Positions 58,618 to 64,000 of a DNA stretch of 64,000 bases are shown one piece after another. A model generated the notes under the pieces. The model saw nothing but the letters and a program-made list of their open reading frames with translations, did not search any database and was not told the origin of the DNA. The DNA comes from Anaerolineales bacterium (GTDB lineage Bacteria; Chloroflexota; Anaerolineae; Anaerolineales; UBA4823): contig PQAL01000036.1 of the NCBI GenBank assembly GCA_003105035.1, forward strand, positions 72,499 through 136,498, read 5' to 3'. The number at the start of each line of letters is the position of its first letter. Position 1 is the first letter of the stretch. The position numbers and the translations under genes were made by a program.

Positions 58618-59719
58618 CCCTGCCGATCGTTACCGGACTGAACAATTCATCGATCTCCCAAATAAGATCTATAGCGACACACCTCAATGGGTTCCACCCC
58701 TTGCCACAGACACCCGGCGGATTTTCGACACAAAAGGCAATCCATTTTTCCATCATTCTCGGGCTGCCTTTTTCCTGGCCCTGGCTGCTGATGGCTCAGC
58801 CGTCGCCCGCCTGGCAGTTTTGAATAACCATCACTACAATGATTTCAACCATGAGCAGACAGCTTTCTTTTATCATTTTGAATGTTTTTATCATCCGGAA
58901 GCTTCGAATATGTTGTTCGAAGCAGGTTTTGAGTGGGCCAGGAACGCTGGGTTGACCAAGATCATCGGCCCCCGGGGTTTTTCCTCGCTCGATGGGCTGG
59001 GCTTGCTGGTTAAAGGTTTCGAGCACCGGCCAGCATTCGGAATTCCGTATAACCAATCATATTACGCTGATTTGGTCGAAGCTGCCGGATTTACCACCGA
59101 ATCGGATATCGTTTCAGGCTATCTTCCCAGCGATATGCAATTCCCCGAAAAGGTCCATAGGATATCTGAATTGGTGCAAAAACGCCGCGGGTTGAGTATC
59201 GCCAGGTATCACAGCCGTAGTGATCTACGTAAGCTGGTCCCACAGTTTAAAGACCTGTACAACGCGATGCTCGGCAGTCTCCCAGGGAATGTGCCTCTCA
59301 CCGACCAGGAAGCAAAATCGATAGCCGAGCAGCTATTATGGTTTGCTGACCCACGTCTGATCAAAGTCATTATGAAGGATAATACCCCCATCGGCTTCTT
59401 GTTCGCCTATCCCGATATCTCAGAGGCTGTTCAGAAAACAAAAGGCCGGGTCTACCCGCTTGGCTGGATCAAGCTGCTGTTGGAAAAACGGCACACGAGT
59501 TGGGTGAATATCAACGGCGCTGGGATCCTGGAAGAATATCAGGGCTTGGGCGGCACGGCGATTTTATTTAGTGAAATGTATAAAAGTATCACCGAGGGTG
59601 GCTTCAAGCATGCAGAGATCGTCCAGATCGGTGCTGAAAACGAAAAGATGCAGCGTGAGCTGCGCGAAATGGGGATCGATTTCTACAAAACCCATCGCAT
59701 GTATCAAAAATCTTTATAA
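58598..59719 (+). CDS. GNAT-like acyltransferase family protein (tentative)
   Basis: GAGGA lies 5 nt upstream of ATG 58598 (MKIVHID...). The C-terminal INGAGILEEYQGLGGTAILF resembles the acetyl-CoA binding Q/RxxGxG/A motif. Confidence 0.45.
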   Translation: MKIVHIDPADRYRTEQFIDLPNKIYSDTPQWVPPLATDTRRIFDTKGNPFFHHSRAAFFLALAADGSAVARLAVLNNHHYNDFNHEQTAFFYHFECFYHPEASNMLFEAGFEWARNAGLTKIIGPRGFSSLDGLGLLVKGFEHRPAFGIPYNQSYYADLVEAAGFTTESDIVSGYLPSDMQFPEKVHRISELVQKRRGLSIARYHSRSDLRKLVPQFKDLYNAMLGSLPGNVPLTDQEAKSIAEQLLWFADPRLIKVIMKDNTPIGFLFAYPDISEAVQKTKGRVYPLGWIKLLLEKRHTSWVNINGAGILEEYQGLGGTAILFSEMYKSITEGGFKHAEIVQIGAENEKMQRELREMGIDFYKTHRMYQKSL

Positions 59720-59733
59720 GCTTGATATTGAGG

Positions 59734-60756
59734 TTAAGTTGCTTTGGCCAGGTGGCAGGCAACCCAATGGCCGGGCATGATCTCGCGCCATTCGGGGATC
59801 GCAAGCTTGCATTGTTCAACAGCAATGGGGCATCGAGGATGGAAACGGCAACCTGGGGGAGGATTGATTGGGCTGGGGATCTCGCCTTTCAGGATGATCC
59901 GCTGGCGCTGGCGGTCACGCTTGGGGTCAGGGATTGGAACGGATGACAGCAGTGCCTGAGTATATGGATGCAGCGGGTTCTCGTATAGCTCATTCCGCTC
60001 AGCCAGCTCAACGATAATACCCAGGTACATCACAGCCACCCGATCGCATATGTGGCGCACCATGCTCAAGTCGTGGGCAATGAAAAGGTAGGTCAGGTTG
60101 AACTCATCTTGAAGCTCTTCCAACAAGTTCACCACCTGGGCCTGGATGGATACGTCAAGGGCTGAGATTGGTTCGTCGCATACAATGAATTCAGGGCTGC
60201 AGGCTAGAGCACGGGCCACACCGATGCGTTGGCGTTGCCCACCAGAAAATTCATGGGGGAAACGGTTGATCAACCTGGGGCTCAGGCCAACTTTTAACAT
60301 CAGCTCGTGCACTCGTTCATCGCGCTCATGCGTGCTGCCGAACAAATTATGCACACGTAAGGGCTCGCCGATAATGGCACTGACCGTCCAGCGTGGGTTG
60401 AGTGACGCATACGGATCCTGGAAGATCATCTGTGCCTTACGGCGTAGCAACTTGATGTGCGTTTTGTCCGCTTCTGCCAGTGAGATACCGCTGATAACTA
60501 CTTTACCATCAGTAATGGGGTATAGCCCCAGGATGGTCCTCCCGGCAGTTGTTTTTCCACAACCACTCTCACCCACTAACCCCAGTGTTTCACCCCTGAG
60601 GATATCAAAAGTGATGCCATCCACAGCCTTAACAGAACCGGTTTCCTTTTCAATGATTAAACCCTGCCGAATCGGAAAATGCTTCTTAAGCTGCTTTACC
60701 TCTATCAGCGGCTGGTTCAGTTCAACTGGTGTTGGTGAGGGAAGTGCCAAAATCAA
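59734..60756 (-). CDS. oligopeptide/dipeptide ABC transporter ATP-binding protein (OppF/DppF type)
   Basis: [24 protein letters not shown] and [11 protein letters not shown] are present. The C-terminal oligo_HPY extension has CRFHPRCP. Confidence 0.9.
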   Translation of the reverse strand: MILALPSPTPVELNQPLIEVKQLKKHFPIRQGLIIEKETGSVKAVDGITFDILRGETLGLVGESGCGKTTAGRTILGLYPITDGKVVISGISLAEADKTHIKLLRRKAQMIFQDPYASLNPRWTVSAIIGEPLRVHNLFGSTHERDERVHELMLKVGLSPRLINRFPHEFSGGQRQRIGVARALACSPEFIVCDEPISALDVSIQAQVVNLLEELQDEFNLTYLFIAHDLSMVRHICDRVAVMYLGIIVELAERNELYENPLHPYTQALLSSVPIPDPKRDRQRQRIILKGEIPSPINPPPGCRFHPRCPIAVEQCKLAIPEWREIMPGHWVACHLAKAT

Positions 60757-60768
60757 TCTCCTGAAGTA

Positions 60769-61797
60769 TTAACGGGGTTTACCAGTAGTCAAATCCATCC
60801 AGCAGGCAGCCTGGTGATTATCTGCAGCAACATGGATTAATGGAGGCATTTCTTGAAGACAACGATCAAAGGTATGATCACAGCGTGGTGCAAATGGGCA
60901 CCCTTTGGGTTCAACCAGCAGGTTGGGTGGCGCACCAGGAATTGAGTGTAAGCGTTTTTCCCGACGAAGGTCTACCCTGGGCAAAGCTGCTAATAGAGCA
61001 TGAGTATATGGGTGTCTTGCATCTTCGTACAGGTGATCGACCAGGGCTTCTTCGACGATGAAGCCGGAATACATGACGATCACGCGTTCTGCAATTTCAG
61101 CGACCACACCCAGGTCATGCGTGATCCAGATCACAGACATGTTCATTGCTGTTCGGATAGACTGCACCAGCTCGACAATCTGCGCCTGGATGGTCACATC
61201 GAGAGCTGTGGTAGGTTCATCTGCGATCAGGATGCTAGGATTACAGGAAAGTGCCATGGCGATCATTGCCCGTTGCCGCATTCCCCCTGAGAACTGGTGT
61301 GGAAAATCTTTTAAACGGTTGGCTGGTTCAGGAATTCCAACCATTTCTAGCAGTTCAACACAACGCTGTTGGTTTTTTTCTTTTTCCAAGCCAAGGTGGA
61401 TACGCAGTGGCTCGCTTAGCTGTCGACCAATACTAAGTACTGGATTGAACGCTGTCATCGGGTCCTGGAATACCATGGCAATATCCCTGCCACGTATCTC
61501 TTCCATTTGTGATTCTTCTAATTTAATCAGATCCTTCCCCTGAAATAATGCCTGGCCACTGGCAATCTCACCCGGAGGGATGGGGATCAGGCCCATGATA
61601 GACATCATCGTCACAGATTTACCGCAACCGCTTTCGCCTACGACGCCGATCGTCTCACCCTCATTCAAGTGGAAAGATACCCCATTTACAGCATGTACAG
61701 TGCCTTCAGCAATGTGAAAACGGGTCTTCAGGTCAATGACTTCCAGGATCTTATGCGGAGTCGTTCCATTGTTCATAGCAATCAGTATTCTATCCAA
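60769..61797 (-). CDS. oligopeptide/dipeptide ABC transporter ATP-binding protein (OppD/DppD type)
   Basis: GESGCGKSV, FSGGMRQRAMIAMAL and LIADEPTTALD are present. The C-terminal extension has CPFAPRC. Confidence 0.9.
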   Translation of the reverse strand: MDRILIAMNNGTTPHKILEVIDLKTRFHIAEGTVHAVNGVSFHLNEGETIGVVGESGCGKSVTMMSIMGLIPIPPGEIASGQALFQGKDLIKLEESQMEEIRGRDIAMVFQDPMTAFNPVLSIGRQLSEPLRIHLGLEKEKNQQRCVELLEMVGIPEPANRLKDFPHQFSGGMRQRAMIAMALSCNPSILIADEPTTALDVTIQAQIVELVQSIRTAMNMSVIWITHDLGVVAEIAERVIVMYSGFIVEEALVDHLYEDARHPYTHALLAALPRVDLRREKRLHSIPGAPPNLLVEPKGCPFAPRCDHTFDRCLQEMPPLIHVAADNHQAACWMDLTTGKPR

Positions 61798-61800
61798 TCA

Positions 61801-62763
61801 TTACACGGCTCGGCTGTGTGGATCGAGTGCATCTCGCAACCCATCCCCCAGGAAATTTATGCTTAAAACGATCAGCACAATGAACATACCCGGGAAGAAC
61901 CACAACCACCAGGCTGATTCAATATAGTTGTAAGCCCCTTCCAGCATATTTCCCCACGTAGCGGTGGGCGGTTGTACTCCTAGACCTAAAAAACTTATAT
62001 AAGCTTCCAAAATGATTGCTGCGGCAATACTAAGTGTTGCTGATACAATGATGGGGGCAATACTGTTGGGGAGTACATGTCGCAGGATAATATCCTTGGT
62101 CGATGTGCCGGTTGCTCTTGCAGCCAATATATAATCGTTTTCTTTCACCGATAAGAATTGAGCGCGCACCAACCTCGCCAAATAAGGCCAGCTGGTGATA
62201 CCAATCACAAATACGATCACGATCACGCTGCCACTGAAAGTTCGTCCTGCAAATTTTATGTTAGGTATCGATGCAGCGAAATAACGCGCCATAACCAGAA
62301 GCAGGAAGATCTGCGGGATCACCAGAATTGCTTCGGTAACACGCATCAATGCGCTATCCAGCCAGCCGCCAAAATATCCCGCCATGGCGCCAATGCTGAC
62401 GCCTAAAATCACCTCCACCAGCATGGCGGTTAATCCGATCAGTATGGATATCTGGCCGCCATAGATGGTTCGCGCCAGTATGTCTCGGCCGATTGTGTCG
62501 GTTCCGAAGGGATGCTCACGCGAAGGAGATTGCAATGCGTTGCCCGTTTCGGTACGGTTCGAGTAACCCTCAGTAAAAACGAAAGATCCTATTAAGGCAT
62601 ATAGTAGAATCAGCAGCAGGGTGATCGTTCCAAATATCGCCATTCGATGGCGTCGAAAACGGCGCCAAGTGAGCTGGGTAAGTGTTAATGGTGGGGTTTC
62701 CAGCTCATCGGGAGTCAGGTTGGGGATGCCTGGTTTAGGTTGTGATAAGGTTGCGTCAGTCAT
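61801..62763 (-). CDS. ABC peptide transporter permease (OppC/DppC type)
   Basis: Polytopic, with the EAA loop region ENDYILAARATGTSTKDIILRHVLPN. Confidence 0.88.
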   Translation of the reverse strand: MTDATLSQPKPGIPNLTPDELETPPLTLTQLTWRRFRRHRMAIFGTITLLLILLYALIGSFVFTEGYSNRTETGNALQSPSREHPFGTDTIGRDILARTIYGGQISILIGLTAMLVEVILGVSIGAMAGYFGGWLDSALMRVTEAILVIPQIFLLLVMARYFAASIPNIKFAGRTFSGSVIVIVFVIGITSWPYLARLVRAQFLSVKENDYILAARATGTSTKDIILRHVLPNSIAPIIVSATLSIAAAIILEAYISFLGLGVQPPTATWGNMLEGAYNYIESAWWLWFFPGMFIVLIVLSINFLGDGLRDALDPHSRAV

Positions 62764-62772
62764 AATTTACCA

Positions 62773-63861
62773 TTATTTATAGCGGATGCGCGGATCCAGC
62801 CAGGCATATGTTACATCCGCAATGATCTGGAAGATGATCACAGCAAAAGCAATCATCATCATGATACCCATGACCACAGCGGTATCCGAACGCTCGACGT
62901 GATCAAGGAATAATCGTCCCATACCAGGCCATCCGAAAATTCGCTCAGTCACGATTGCGCCTCCAAGCAGGAAGGGTAAGTCAAGAGCGACTAGGGTGAC
63001 AATCGGTAAGGCAGCATTTTTTAAGGCATGGATATATACCACCTCCCGCCTGGGTAAACCCTTGGCTTTAGCAGTTCGTACATAATCTTGCCCAAGGGTT
63101 TCCAGCATGGCACTACGGATATAGCGGCTATAGCCAGCAATAAAACCGAATGAAAGTGTAGCGACAGGCAGAATCATATGCCAGGCGAGCTGCATAGTCG
63201 ATGGGCCAGCCGATGGCTCAAACATGCCCACCGTCGGCAAGTAAGGTAGCCCCCATTTCCTGAAATTCACCGAAAATATATACATGGCTAATAATGCAAA
63301 AAAGAACACTGGCATCGAATATAGCACAAAAGTAGTTGCTGTGATGATATTGTCTGCAGCCGAGTACTGGTGCAGGGCAGAATAAATCCCGATGAGTAAT
63401 GCAACGGATATGATAATAGCTTCAGCTGTGACCATCAAAAGTAGTGTGTTTGTTAATCGTTCACCGATTACTTTGGTAACCGGCTGGCGATTGACTAACG
63501 AGATGCCCCAATCACCTCGTAACACACCTTTCCGAGTACCAGTAGCGTATGAATCAATGTAATTAAGTGGATTTAAGCATTTCACAATGGGATTTAAAAT
63601 CCCCGCATTTGGCTCGGGAATCTCACCCACAGGCCTGGTCCAGTCATTGCCGATCAACCAGTAGACATATTGGACACAGCCAGGCTTATCCAATCCCAAT
63701 TGCTTGGCTAGCCGGATGCGATCTTCTGGCCTAGTCACTTTACGTCCCCCCATGGTGGCAAGCGGGTCACCCATAGCTTGCATCATGGCAAACAGGACGA
63801 TACTTATAATCAATAACAGTGGAATGGCTTGTAATAACCGGCGAATGATATAACGAGTCAT
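62773..63861 (-). CDS. ABC peptide transporter permease (OppB/DppB type)
   Basis: MTRYIIRRLLQAIPLLLIISI is the typical N-terminus. The EAA loop is QDYVRTAKAKGLPRREVVYIHALKNA. The track extension to 63909 is a translation of an intergenic hairpin. Confidence 0.88.
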   Translation of the reverse strand: MTRYIIRRLLQAIPLLLIISIVLFAMMQAMGDPLATMGGRKVTRPEDRIRLAKQLGLDKPGCVQYVYWLIGNDWTRPVGEIPEPNAGILNPIVKCLNPLNYIDSYATGTRKGVLRGDWGISLVNRQPVTKVIGERLTNTLLLMVTAEAIIISVALLIGIYSALHQYSAADNIITATTFVLYSMPVFFFALLAMYIFSVNFRKWGLPYLPTVGMFEPSAGPSTMQLAWHMILPVATLSFGFIAGYSRYIRSAMLETLGQDYVRTAKAKGLPRREVVYIHALKNAALPIVTLVALDLPFLLGGAIVTERIFGWPGMGRLFLDHVERSDTAVVMGIMMMIAFAVIIFQIIADVTYAWLDPRIRYK

Positions 63862-63879
63862 TGATTTTTGGTGATATTC

Positions 63880-63909
63880 ATGTGCAGGCGGGCCACCCCG
63901 CCTGCACAT
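63880..63909 (-). other. 13-bp perfect GC-rich stem-loop between the binding-protein gene and the first permease gene
   Basis: ATGTGCAGGCGGG-CCAC-CCCGCCTGCACAT was read directly. No T-tract follows on the transcribed strand. Confidence 0.7.
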
Positions 63910-63927
63910 ATTGAGTAGAAATGATTA

Positions 63928-64000
63928 TTATTTAATATCCCACTCAGCAATATTGAAGAATGGGGTCGCACCGGACATTTTGTAACCAGTCATCCGGTCG
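63928..64000 (-). CDS. C-terminal end of a probable peptide-binding protein (family 5 SBP); partial
   Basis: An open minus-strand frame reads ...DRMTGYKMSGATPFFNIAEWDIK* and lies upstream of the opp/dpp permeases. Only 24 codons are visible. Confidence 0.4.
   Translation of the reverse strand, partial: DRMTGYKMSGATPFFNIAEWDIK

Noticed and set aside
1-64000. Mobile elements, prophage genes, CRISPR arrays and rRNA.
   Set aside because: None seen. No transposase, integrase or recombinase motifs, no long terminal repeats and no spaced direct-repeat arrays were recognised in any frame of the track or in the intergenic regions.

Overview
Dense, mostly housekeeping and metabolic chromosomal window of about 70 genes. 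I saw no rRNA, CRISPR array, transposase or integrase. The gene content and protein flavour suggest a Chloroflexota/Anaerolineae-like bacterium, but that is inference only. In order, the window contains: atpD (partial)-atpG-atpA preceded by an M42 peptidase; DegV; a pstS-pstC-pstA-pstB-ppk1 string with a second, divergently transcribed pstB; small redox and DUF genes and an Fe-ADH; a four-gene cluster at 14.4-19.05 kb; a SpoU-type and a class I methyltransferase; a SUF Fe-S operon (sufC-B-D-orf-S-U-Rieske) with a divergent SufR-like regulator plus a DUF59 protein; one tRNA-CAU; polyprenyl synthase/TatD/phosphohexomutase; a class II aldolase and a Nudix hydrolase; two repeat-containing membrane proteins; a ParB-like/USP fusion; a MetH-activation-like plus RACo-like pair; an MrfA-like helicase carrying an HNH module; galE; glycerol catabolism genes (glpK, a fused glpA-glpB, glpC); a sugar locus (2 MFS, GH4, PfkB kinase, acyltransferase); and an Opp/Dpp-type ABC operon. 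The best candidate for a new system is the 14.4-19.05 kb cluster. It encodes a signal-peptide/one-TM, DUF2207-like membrane protein whose cytoplasmic C-terminus ends in SCACACACACAGCACACAGGGR. A radical SAM/SPASM enzyme with an RRE-like N-terminal extension follows 20 nt downstream. Overlapping that gene by 17 nt is a paralogue that has lost every Fe-S cluster cysteine. I read this as a RiPP-style Cys-modifying maturase pair acting on the tail of a full-length membrane protein. Secondary points of interest are two PstB paralogues with complementary motif degeneracy, a perfectly symmetric operator/promoter arrangement between sufR and sufC, the HNH insertion in the helicase, and the GlpA-GlpB fusion. 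All domain calls come from motif recognition by eye; no searches were run.
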